Shown here piece after piece: positions 17,044-25,689 of a stretch of DNA of 64,000 bases. Location: positions 192,001 to 256,000 of the forward strand of contig JBBIRR010000001.1 in NCBI GenBank assembly GCA_037441705.1, read 5' to 3'. The DNA comes from Ignavibacteriales bacterium. GTDB taxonomy: Bacteria; Bacteroidota; Ignavibacteria; UBA10030; UBA6906. The notes beneath the pieces were generated by a model. That model worked only from the letters and a program-made list of their open reading frames with translations. It was not told the origin of the DNA and ran no database searches. Position 1 is the first letter of the stretch, and each line of letters starts with the position of its first letter. The position numbers and the translations under genes were made by a program.

Positions 17044-18384
17044 TCAACTAAGCAGTACAACCTCCTCATCAGCTATCCTCAACGCCTCATCCAGCGCTGT
17101 CACGCCGCTGTCGATTTCTTCTTTCGTGATGATCAACGGCGGAGCGATCACGAAATGGCTGATCCACGCCTGCACGAACACACCGTTCTTCATCATCTCG
17201 GCGGCGACCTTGTCCACCACAAGCGGCTTGCCGGAGACTTTGTCGGCCTTGGTGTTGAAAGGCTCTTTCGTTTTCTGATTCTTCACCAACTCGACTGCCC
17301 AGAAGAGTCCGATGCCCCGAACATCACCGATGCTTTTGTGCTTTGACTTCAGCGCGTGCAACTTCTCGCCGAGGTAGGTCCCCAGTTCCCGTGCCCGCGT
17401 GTTCGTATCCAGTCTTTTCATTTCTCGAATTGCTGCAATGGCGGGTGCCAGCGTCAACGGATGGGCTTCGTACGTGTGCCCGTGCGAGAAGTAGTGATCG
17501 TCGAAATAGGCTGCGATGGATTTCGTCGTGGCACACAAGCCGAGCGGCACGTACGCCGTCGTAATACCTTTTGCCGTTGTGAGGATGTCGGGCTTCACGC
17601 CCCAGTGATCGACAGCGAACCACGCGCCGGTGCGGCTCCATCCGCTCATGACTTCATCGGCAATCAGCAGTACGTTGTGCTTGTCGCAGATCGCCCGCAA
17701 GCGCGGCAGGTATTCCTTCGGCGGCACGAGCACGCCGTTGGTTCCAACAACAGGCTCGACCAGCACAGCGGCGACATCGCCTTCATTTTCAATCATGTGC
17801 TCGATGTACTCGACGCACGCGATGCCGCACTCGGGATAGTGATGCAACAGCGGACATTTGTAGCAGTTCACCTCCGGTGCGAAGATGACACCGGGAATCT
17901 TCCCGGCCGGCTCCATTGCCCAGCGCCGCGGATCGCCTGTTGCGGCAATCGAACCCATCGTCGAGCCGTGGTAACTCCGATAGCGCGCGATGATCTTCGT
18001 TCTGCCTGTATACATGCGCGCAATCTTGAACGCCGCCTCATTCGCTTCCGTCCCGGACGTTGTGAAGAAAAATTTCTCCAATCCTTGCGGCAAAACATCC
18101 AGCAACTCCATGCTCAGCTCGGCACGCACCTCCGTTGCGTACCCGGGACCGATATAGGGAAGTGTGCGCGCTTGCTGCTCGATGGCTGCAATAACCGCCG
18201 CATTCTTGTGTCCCAGATGGACGCACATCAGTTGCGAGGAGAAGTCAAGATAGCGCTTGCCATTCCCATCAACAAAGTAGCAACCTTCGGCATCGGCGAT
18301 GTGCAGAGGTTTCCAGCCTTTTTGGAAGCGCCACGTGCCGTAGGTGTATCGGGCGGTGAGGTCGGTGATTTCTTGTGAAGTCAT
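17044..18384 (-). CDS. Class III PLP aminotransferase, probable beta-alanine aminotransferase
   Basis: YLDFSSQ, FFTTSGTEANE, SYHGST, LIADEVMSG, TAKGIT (PLP Lys), GHTY. Substrate inferred from pathway context. Confidence 0.88.
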   Translation of the reverse strand: MTSQEITDLTARYTYGTWRFQKGWKPLHIADAEGCYFVDGNGKRYLDFSSQLMCVHLGHKNAAVIAAIEQQARTLPYIGPGYATEVRAELSMELLDVLPQGLEKFFFTTSGTEANEAAFKIARMYTGRTKIIARYRSYHGSTMGSIAATGDPRRWAMEPAGKIPGVIFAPEVNCYKCPLLHHYPECGIACVEYIEHMIENEGDVAAVLVEPVVGTNGVLVPPKEYLPRLRAICDKHNVLLIADEVMSGWSRTGAWFAVDHWGVKPDILTTAKGITTAYVPLGLCATTKSIAAYFDDHYFSHGHTYEAHPLTLAPAIAAIREMKRLDTNTRARELGTYLGEKLHALKSKHKSIGDVRGIGLFWAVELVKNQKTKEPFNTKADKVSGKPLVVDKVAAEMMKNGVFVQAWISHFVIAPPLIITKEEIDSGVTALDEALRIADEEVVLLS

Positions 18385-18443
18385 GTTCTTGAGTCTTAGC
18401 GCGACGTGAAGGATCGGTGGTTTCTTGTGATGGTAATTATTCT

Positions 18444-18484
18444 GGTTCGGGGTTCGGCGTTGGGGTTCAAGGTTCAAGGTTCAG
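18444..18484 (+). repeat. Solo 7-nt repeat arm (GGTTCRR)
   Basis: ggttcgg ggttcgg cgttgg ggttcaa ggttcaa ggttcag, between the nitrilase-family and aminotransferase genes. Confidence 0.75.
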
Positions 18485-18501
18485 GCACATGTGCACATCT
18501 C

Positions 18502-19371
18502 TCACATTTCGACAAGCTGTTTGTACAGGTCGGGCCGGCGATCCCGGAAGAACTGCCACACCTCCCGCACTTCTTTGATCATGTCCAGATCGAGATCGGC
18601 AACAACCAGCTCATCTTTGTCGCGACTGGCTTGCGCGATGATTTTGCCGCGCGGGTTGCAGAAGTAACTCTTGCCATAAAACTCGCCGATGTTCCACGGC
18701 GCTTCGATGCCGACCCGATTGATCGCGCCGACGAAGTACCCGTTGGCAACGGCATGTGCCGGCTGTTCCAACTCCCAGAGATATTCCGAGAGTCCCGCGA
18801 CCGTTGCCGACGGATTGAAAACTATCTCCGCCCCATTTAGTCCGAGGCAGCGCGCCCCTTCCGGAAAATGGCGATCATAACAAATGTACACACCCACTTT
18901 AGCGTAGCGTGTGCTGAACACCGGGTAGCCGAGATTGCCGGGACGAAAATAGAATTTTTCCCAAAATCCCGGATCCACCTGCGGGATGTGCGTCTTGCGA
19001 TACTTACCGAGATACGATCCATCGGCATCGAGCACGGCAGCGGCGTTGTAATACACTCCCGTCATCTCTTCTTCGTAGATCGGTACAACCATCGCCATCT
19101 TATATTTCTTTGCAAACTCCTGCATCAGCTTCACCGTCGGTCCGTCGGGGATCTTTTCCGTCATGTTGTACCATTTGGATTTCTGTTCCGCGCAGAAGTA
19201 GGGTCCGTAGAAAATTTCCTGCAAGCAGAGAATCTGCACGCCTTTCTTCCCCGCCTCCTCGATGAAGGGAATGTGCTTGTCAATCATCGCCTTCTTGATG
19301 ACGTCGAGAGGCCGGTCGTTGGAGGTGGCAATGGAACACTGGATCAAACCGCAGGTGACGGTACGTGGCAT
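18502..19371 (-). CDS. Nitrilase-superfamily beta-ureidopropionase (N-carbamoyl-beta-alanine amidohydrolase)
   Basis: E-K-C triad in CLQEIF, KYRKTHIP, ICYDRHFPE, plus FWEKFYF. First gene of the pyrimidine cluster. Confidence 0.9.
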   Translation of the reverse strand: MPRTVTCGLIQCSIATSNDRPLDVIKKAMIDKHIPFIEEAGKKGVQILCLQEIFYGPYFCAEQKSKWYNMTEKIPDGPTVKLMQEFAKKYKMAMVVPIYEEEMTGVYYNAAAVLDADGSYLGKYRKTHIPQVDPGFWEKFYFRPGNLGYPVFSTRYAKVGVYICYDRHFPEGARCLGLNGAEIVFNPSATVAGLSEYLWELEQPAHAVANGYFVGAINRVGIEAPWNIGEFYGKSYFCNPRGKIIAQASRDKDELVVADLDLDMIKEVREVWQFFRDRRPDLYKQLVEM

Positions 19372-19439
19372 CGGTCAAGTCCTTCTGAAATGATGAGAGA
19401 GAAAATGAAAATCTTACGACGGCATATGCGAGGACGTTC

Positions 19440-20777
19440 TTATCGAACAAGAACCAGTTTCTGAACTCGCAGTTCATTCTCCGCTTCGAGCCGATAGAAA
19501 TACACCCCCGACGGAATATCGGACAGATCAAGATGCACGGCATAATAGCCCGCGCTCTGATGTTCCGCAACGAGCGTGCGAACCGGACGACCGAGAAGGT
19601 CGTACACGCGTAACAACACATGTGCAGCGCGCGGAATTCCGTAGCGGATTGTCGTTGACGGATTGAGAGGATTGGGATAGTTCTGAAACAGTACCAGTGT
19701 CGAAGGCACCAGGGGCTGCATCGAAGCCACAGAAGATGGATTGAAATACCGCACGGCACGCCTCCAGAAAATCGCCACCGTGTCCGTACCGGAAACGACG
19801 CGTGCCGAGATCGTGTCGGTTCCCGGAAGCGTCGGGGCGGTGAGCGTCGCGGAGTATGTGCCATTCCCGTTGTCGCTGACGGCCCCGAGGGTTCCGGCTC
19901 CTGTGTTGCGCAGCAGGATCGTTCGTCCCGGCGCAAGCAGCGTGTCGGAATTGTTTTTGGGGATGATCAGAATCGCTGCCGCAGACGTTCCGTTGGCCGG
20001 CAGAGAATCGGGCGTGACAGCAAGTTGTGAGAGGAACGGATCGACACGCGTGCGAAGCGAATCCTTCCATTGATCGAACATCGTGTGCAGGATGGTGATC
20101 GGATCGCTTCCGACGGGGGAATCCGGAACGATCTTCTGCAGGTAGGGAACGGACCCGTCGCCGATGCGCACAACTTTGATGAACGACGAACGAGACGACG
20201 TGCCGCGCGAGGCACACCGCGTATCCGCCCCGATGATTTTCGCCGCTTCGAGTGTTGCCATCAAACGATCGGCAAGCGGTCCCGGCGTGCGCAGGAAGGT
20301 ATTCTTCATCGTGTCAATAATCATTTGGCCGGAGAGAATGTTGCCCTGAACGGCGTACCCTCTCCCCGTTGCGTGATTCTTGTAGTCTATGCAATTCACG
20401 CCGGTGTAGGCGGCGCTTTCGCCGCGTCGACGAAGATCAACCACGCCGTACTGACGGATCGTGGGATTGTTCTGCGCATCGTGCGCAACCATGTAATCAA
20501 TGATCTGCTGGGGGGAATCGCCGGCAAGCATGCGCTGTCGCGCCGTAAGCTGATTGGCTTCAAGGTAGGAGGCCTGCGTGTGGATAGCGCCGATCCCTTC
20601 CAGCACGTCGCTGAGAATAAACGCCCCGACGCCGTTGATGGCACCAACGCACGATGCCCCTGCGCTGCCGATTTCGCCCGTCACGGTGTCCACCGCAACA
20701 ATGGAAAAGGTATCCTGCGCAACGGCAGACCCCAAAAGAACAAACACCAACCCCACGCATGCAAGCTCTTTCTTCAT
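19440..20777 (-). CDS. Secreted DUF1028 (Ntn-hydrolase-like) protein with an invasin-type Ig domain and T9SS C-terminal domain
   Basis: Signal peptide, TFSIVAVD..TGEIG.AGASC, RQYGVVD, QGNIL. 'SLPANGTSAA...SDNGNGTYSATLTA' Ig domain. QNYPNPLNP...GVYFYRL...KLVLVR. Confidence 0.88.
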   Translation of the reverse strand: MKKELACVGLVFVLLGSAVAQDTFSIVAVDTVTGEIGSAGASCVGAINGVGAFILSDVLEGIGAIHTQASYLEANQLTARQRMLAGDSPQQIIDYMVAHDAQNNPTIRQYGVVDLRRRGESAAYTGVNCIDYKNHATGRGYAVQGNILSGQMIIDTMKNTFLRTPGPLADRLMATLEAAKIIGADTRCASRGTSSRSSFIKVVRIGDGSVPYLQKIVPDSPVGSDPITILHTMFDQWKDSLRTRVDPFLSQLAVTPDSLPANGTSAAAILIIPKNNSDTLLAPGRTILLRNTGAGTLGAVSDNGNGTYSATLTAPTLPGTDTISARVVSGTDTVAIFWRRAVRYFNPSSVASMQPLVPSTLVLFQNYPNPLNPSTTIRYGIPRAAHVLLRVYDLLGRPVRTLVAEHQSAGYYAVHLDLSDIPSGVYFYRLEAENELRVQKLVLVR

Positions 20778-20852
20778 GGTTATCACCGAAGCTGGTGGGT
20801 TGAAGTGGCTACGTACAACGATAGTAGAATTGGGGAAGGAAAGCAAGAATGC

Positions 20853-21158
20853 TCAAGCAGGATTGGGCGCTTTGAAAACAGGCGCCTGCCGCCCCGAGAT
20901 GCTGTAGCGCTCCTTCAAACAGTGCAGACACATCTCTTCTTTCGCTCCCACACTGGGGTATTCCAGAACGGTTTCATAGTCGTGTGCGCCCAACAGGCAC
21001 CGCAGGCGCTTGACCAGATCGCCGAACGACGGATGATAGATGACGGTTCGGCGCGGAGAATGCTGCACGCGAAGGAGTCTCATGGCCTTCCTTTCGGTGA
21101 AACGAGTTTTGGTATCGGTGAAGATTGAATGCGAGAGGATTGTGGTTGCAATATACAA
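20853..21158 (-). CDS. Small hypothetical protein
   Basis: Only ORF filling the gap on the local coding strand. 'RCLLGAHDY...CLHC' is a possible metal-binding motif. Start uncertain. Confidence 0.35.
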   Translation of the reverse strand: MYIATTILSHSIFTDTKTRFTERKAMRLLRVQHSPRRTVIYHPSFGDLVKRLRCLLGAHDYETVLEYPSVGAKEEMCLHCLKERYSISGRQAPVFKAPNPA

Positions 21159-21312
21159 CGCACACGTTCACAACACAAGAGGCAAGACCACGTTTCTCGA
21201 GAAATCTTCTTCTCCATTTCTCCCCGACATAATGGGAGATGGGTGACCGCGTACCTTTCAACACATTACGATGACATGAAGCCTCGCGGCAGTTTGCGTA
21301 GACGCACAGAGC

Positions 21313-23850
21313 CTAACGTATGAGCAGCATCTTCCTGGTCAAGACAAAACGTCCCGCGCGTAGTTGATAGAAGTACACACCGCTGGCCAACCCAGTGCCG
21401 TCAAACCTCACCGACTTGAACTGGGGGCCTGTGGCGCCATGACGCTTCTCGCCACCTGCATCCTGAACCCCATCCACCAGTGTTGCCACCTCGCGCCCTT
21501 GCACGTCGTACACCTTCAACGACACAAGACCTGAACCGTGAAACTTGAATCGAATGGTTGTCCAGGGGTTGAACGGGTTTGGATAGTTCTGTTCCAGCAC
21601 CATGACTGCCGGCTGCTCAGGTTCCTCTCCCACAGCAGTAAGGGAGCTGAGAAGTCGTCGCTCATACACACCATTGCTGTGCGTCGCTGCACGCAGCACG
21701 CGGTGGGATGGCGAGACGACGAGGTCGGCAACAATCACAGCTTCGGGCAATCCGTCGTTGAAGCTCATCCACGCTGCGCCGCCATTGGTCGAGACGAACA
21801 CGCCGACGTCCGTCCCAACATACACATGATTCGTATTGAACGGATCAATCGCAACCGCGGTGGCAGGCACATTCAGCAGCGTGCCGCTGATGTCACTCCA
21901 GCTCAGGCCGCAATCCACTGACTTTGCGACCCGCATCGTATCGAAGCCACCGATGGCCACGTACACAACACGCGCATCGCGCGGGTCAACGGCGATATCC
22001 ATGTAGTAGCGGTTCGGAAGCGGACCGGTGACATCCTCCCACGTGATTCCGCCGTTCGTCGTCCTGAACAGATGAGGGCGTGCGATGCCCGGCACCGTAC
22101 CCACGAAAACCGTGTCGGGATGTGTCGGCGCAATCGCCATCGAAAGCATCGGATTGCCGTCGAGCGGCACACCGGCGTTGGTTGCAAACCAGCTCGTGCC
22201 CCCGTTCGTCGTCTTAGAAACGACGCTTCTTCCAAAATAGAGGACGTTTGGATGCGACGCCGAAAGAACAAACGGAGTATTCCAGCATGCCGCCCCGCTG
22301 AAATTCCCCGGCAGCGAACTGAACGAGACGCCGCGGTTCGTTGATCGGTAGATGCTGCCGCCTCCGCGGTTTCCCGCATACTGAATCAGATCGTTCTGTT
22401 GATTGATCGCCGTCCACCCAATCTCATCCACGCCGCCCGAGGGCCATGAAAGCGAGCCGACGTATTTGAAGCCGAAATGATCCTGCACGTGGCCCAATGC
22501 CATGAACGAATCCTGCGCCGAGCAGGAGAAGCCGTTGTAGAACTGCGACGTCAGCAGTCCCTGACTCGCGTTCTCATACGTCTCGCCGAAGTCCGTCGAA
22601 CGGTAGACGCCGCCATCACTCACCACATACAGTATGTTGGGGTTGGTAGGATGATGAGCGAAGTTGTGCATGTCGTAGTACGCACCGGATCGCTGCGAAG
22701 AGGTGACGCCGCCGTTGGTTGACTTGAAAATGTACACGCCGCCTCGCACCACCTGATTTGCGTCGGTGGGGTGCACGGCAGCGAATTGCGAGTACCAGCC
22801 CTGGACGCCGTAGAGCGCCTCGCTGCTCAGAAGTGTCCAGCTTGCACCGAAGTCCGTCGTGCGCCAGAGTGTGCCCGTACCCGTGGTGCTATCGGCAAGA
22901 CTTGCGAGTACGTACAGCGGGTTCGACCTTTGTTGCGAAAGCATCCCTTTGCCCGAGAACGCCGGCAGTCCGCCGATCATCGAAAAGGATTCGCCGCCAT
23001 CGGTCGAGCGATAGACGCCGCGACCCGGTGAGCCGAAGTTGCCGCATGTTGCAAGCACCTGTGTTGTATCCCACGCGTTGATGACGATGTCCTGTGCAAG
23101 CAGCGCGCTCAGTGTCTGATACCATGTTGCACCGGCATCCTTCGATTTGAAAATCCCTTCCGAGGTTGCTGCAAACACTGTGTTCGGGTTCAGAGGATTC
23201 AGCCTGATAGCTTGCACCCCGCGCTGTTGATGGTACGACCAGTCGAGGCTCCTCGTCCATGTTGCGCCGCCGTCGGTGGTCTTCAAAACGCCCATGCCGT
23301 AACTTCCGCGCGTCGTACGGATGACGATGCCGCCCGTCGAACCCTGGTAGCGATACACCTCCCCCGTCCCGATGTAGATGGTGTTCGTGTCGGTTGGATG
23401 GATGGCAATGGCGTTCACACCAAGCACCGGGTAACCGGTTTCCACTCGATGCCAGTCCCCGCCGAGCCCGCCGGTAAACGAGCGCCACAACCCGCCGCTT
23501 GCCGAGCCTGCGTAAACCGTCGAGGGATTCAGCGGATTCAACGCCACGGCGAGCATTCTTCCCGCGAAGTTGATCGGGCCGATCGATCGCCACATATCGA
23601 GCGCCGACGAGCGCGCCTCGGTCATTGTCTGCTTCACGTTTTCGAAAGCCCGGTACTGGGCATCGGGCGAGATATCGGCAAACGGGTACGCGCGCGACTG
23701 CGTCCACAACTGCAGCGCCTGCAGTGCATCCGAAGCGCTTTCCCGATCTCTGAGATCAAGCGGCAGAACGAACGTGAGAAAGAAGAGCAGAACCGAAAGA
23801 AGAATGAACTGTTTACGGTAATTGGTCACCATGCGATCAGACTGGCTCAC
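21313..23850 (-). CDS. Secreted BNR/Asp-box (VPS10/GH74-like) beta-propeller protein with T9SS C-terminal domain
   Basis: WRSIGP..FAGR, many (S/T)xDGGx(T/S)W Asp-boxes, QNYPNPFNP...SGVYFYQL...RKMLLIR. Confidence 0.88.
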   Translation of the reverse strand: MSQSDRMVTNYRKQFILLSVLLFFLTFVLPLDLRDRESASDALQALQLWTQSRAYPFADISPDAQYRAFENVKQTMTEARSSALDMWRSIGPINFAGRMLAVALNPLNPSTVYAGSASGGLWRSFTGGLGGDWHRVETGYPVLGVNAIAIHPTDTNTIYIGTGEVYRYQGSTGGIVIRTTRGSYGMGVLKTTDGGATWTRSLDWSYHQQRGVQAIRLNPLNPNTVFAATSEGIFKSKDAGATWYQTLSALLAQDIVINAWDTTQVLATCGNFGSPGRGVYRSTDGGESFSMIGGLPAFSGKGMLSQQRSNPLYVLASLADSTTGTGTLWRTTDFGASWTLLSSEALYGVQGWYSQFAAVHPTDANQVVRGGVYIFKSTNGGVTSSQRSGAYYDMHNFAHHPTNPNILYVVSDGGVYRSTDFGETYENASQGLLTSQFYNGFSCSAQDSFMALGHVQDHFGFKYVGSLSWPSGGVDEIGWTAINQQNDLIQYAGNRGGGSIYRSTNRGVSFSSLPGNFSGAACWNTPFVLSASHPNVLYFGRSVVSKTTNGGTSWFATNAGVPLDGNPMLSMAIAPTHPDTVFVGTVPGIARPHLFRTTNGGITWEDVTGPLPNRYYMDIAVDPRDARVVYVAIGGFDTMRVAKSVDCGLSWSDISGTLLNVPATAVAIDPFNTNHVYVGTDVGVFVSTNGGAAWMSFNDGLPEAVIVADLVVSPSHRVLRAATHSNGVYERRLLSSLTAVGEEPEQPAVMVLEQNYPNPFNPWTTIRFKFHGSGLVSLKVYDVQGREVATLVDGVQDAGGEKRHGATGPQFKSVRFDGTGLASGVYFYQLRAGRFVLTRKMLLIR

Positions 23851-23987
23851 GCCAAATAGACTCAGAGTCGATGACAGGGCACGAACGAATCAATTGTTCT
23901 CACGAGGAATAAGGCTGCACCCGAAAAACACAAGCGGTCGTCTCAGGCCTGAGATGACCGCTTTCAAATGTCCTCTGCGATGATGCG

Positions 23988-24323
23988 TTATGGTGTTTTT
24001 GATTCGAGCGCCGATATCCGCTGCTCATGGTCATCCAGTGTGCTCTTTGTTTTGGAGTAGTCGCGCCGGATTTCTTGAACAAGGTTTGTAAAATGGTACT
24101 GCATCTTCTCGTCCAACCGGGCGACAGTTGCGTCCGTGTAGGCCTTGAGCGTCTCCACGACGACCCCCAGCTTGGCATTGAGCTTTTCTTCAAGCTTTTC
24201 TTCAAGCTTTCGTTCGAGCTTTTGCTCGATCTTTTTCTCAAGGCGTGCACCAAAAGCAGCAAGCTCCTTCTGGAGAATAGCCTTTGTTACGATTTGACCG
24301 TTGATGGGTTTTTGTTTTGCCAT
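23988..24323 (-). CDS. Small coiled-coil hypothetical protein with KLEx tetrad repeats
   Basis: RLEKKIEQKLERKLEEKLEEKLNAKL, DHEQRISALE. Has its own promoter-like motif upstream. Confidence 0.7.
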   Translation of the reverse strand: MAKQKPINGQIVTKAILQKELAAFGARLEKKIEQKLERKLEEKLEEKLNAKLGVVVETLKAYTDATVARLDEKMQYHFTNLVQEIRRDYSKTKSTLDDHEQRISALESKTP

Positions 24324-24363
24324 CGAAATACTGAAGGTACGTGCGGCGTGTTCCGTTCGACCC

Positions 24364-24392
24364 AATGTACAATACACAATGTCGGAAGTCAA
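24364..24392 (-). promoter_or_regulatory. Candidate sigma70-type promoter for the coiled-coil gene
   Basis: Minus strand TTGACT, 17-nt spacer, TACATT. Confidence 0.5.
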
Positions 24393-24424
24393 GGAAAATT
24401 CTTGAATCGCATCCGCCCGTTTCC

Positions 24425-25669
24425 TCACACATTCCTGTGGCAGCTGTAGCACGCCGGACTCGCATAGATGTATCCCTGTCGGTTCCGATGCTTATCGTCC
24501 ATGCGGGTTTGTTCGTGCTCATGGCAACTGAGGCAGGTGAAGACTTGATATTGTGTCGGGGTAGGATGGCATTGGGTGCAGGACGTCCACTTGTTGCGGT
24601 GTTTTCCCGAATAGATTCTGAACGAGCGCGCATCGTGATCGAACGTCGAAGGTTGCCACGCCGTTGTGGTATGACACGGCGTGCAGTCGTGGCTGAATTG
24701 TGAGGCGACGTGATTCGGATTCGCCGCCTGCTCGAATTGCTGCGCGTGACACTGGTAGCAGTCCTGGTACGTCAGAGCGTAGTTGTTGTTGATGTGACAC
24801 GATGCGCACACGGTGGTCGCGTGCCTGCCGGTAAGAGGGAAGCCCGTGCTGGCGTGGTCGAACGTTGCCGGTCGCCAGGTAGACTGCGTGTGGCAGGAGC
24901 GGCACTCGGTGGAGAACCCGTTTGCGGCGTGTGCAGGATTCGTTGCGTTCGCGTACTCCGAGCGATGACAGCCAACGCACGCTGCATCCAATCCGCGGAA
25001 ACGATTGCCGGCGTGACACTGTGAGCAGGCAGTTGCGGCGTGTGCACCCACAAGCGGAAAGGCTGTGCGCGCATGATCGAACCCCGTGCCCCAGCTTCGC
25101 GCGGCCGGCTGATGGCACTGCAGGCAATCGGTAGAAAACTGCGCCGCCGCATGATTGGGCGATGCCGTCTGCGCGTACTCCCTGCGGTGGCACGCCACAC
25201 ACTCGATCGGTGTGCCGGCATACAACTGCTGGGCAGCATTGGTATGACATGCTTCGCATGTGAGCGAGGCATGCCTGCCAAGCAGGGCAAACCGCGTCGC
25301 CTGATGTTTCTGCAGCATGTCGGTGACTTTCCACGATGTTGTGGTGTGGCACCGCACGCAGAGCATACCGAGTTCTGCCTTGTGCACATCCGTGTGGCAG
25401 GCGGTGCACGCGGAAGAGGTTTTGACAAACTTCAACCCGGCGTGGCAGCTCGCACACTTCACAGCCTCATGTGCGCCGGTGAGTGCAAAGCCCGTTGATG
25501 CGTGGCGAAACGTCGCGTCCCTTTTCATCTTCCACGAGTCCGTGCTATGACACGATGCGCAGGCTAAGCGTATCGGGCCGTGCGGAGATTCCTGAGAAAC
25601 AAGAAAGGATGGAAGCTGGGTGAGAAAAACCGTCATCATCGTCCGGCGCAAAATCTTCCCTGTCGTCAT
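24425..25669 (-). CDS. Multiheme c-type cytochrome, 16 CxxCH
   Basis: AAAGGAGG RBS, signal peptide ending before QESPHGP, 16 CxxCH counted by hand, F(D/N)H..T.FPL.G.H repeats. Confidence 0.95.
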   Translation of the reverse strand: MTTGKILRRTMMTVFLTQLPSFLVSQESPHGPIRLACASCHSTDSWKMKRDATFRHASTGFALTGAHEAVKCASCHAGLKFVKTSSACTACHTDVHKAELGMLCVRCHTTTSWKVTDMLQKHQATRFALLGRHASLTCEACHTNAAQQLYAGTPIECVACHRREYAQTASPNHAAAQFSTDCLQCHQPAARSWGTGFDHARTAFPLVGAHAATACSQCHAGNRFRGLDAACVGCHRSEYANATNPAHAANGFSTECRSCHTQSTWRPATFDHASTGFPLTGRHATTVCASCHINNNYALTYQDCYQCHAQQFEQAANPNHVASQFSHDCTPCHTTTAWQPSTFDHDARSFRIYSGKHRNKWTSCTQCHPTPTQYQVFTCLSCHEHEQTRMDDKHRNRQGYIYASPACYSCHRNV

Positions 25670-25689
25670 CGTTGTTCCTCCTTTCCTGG

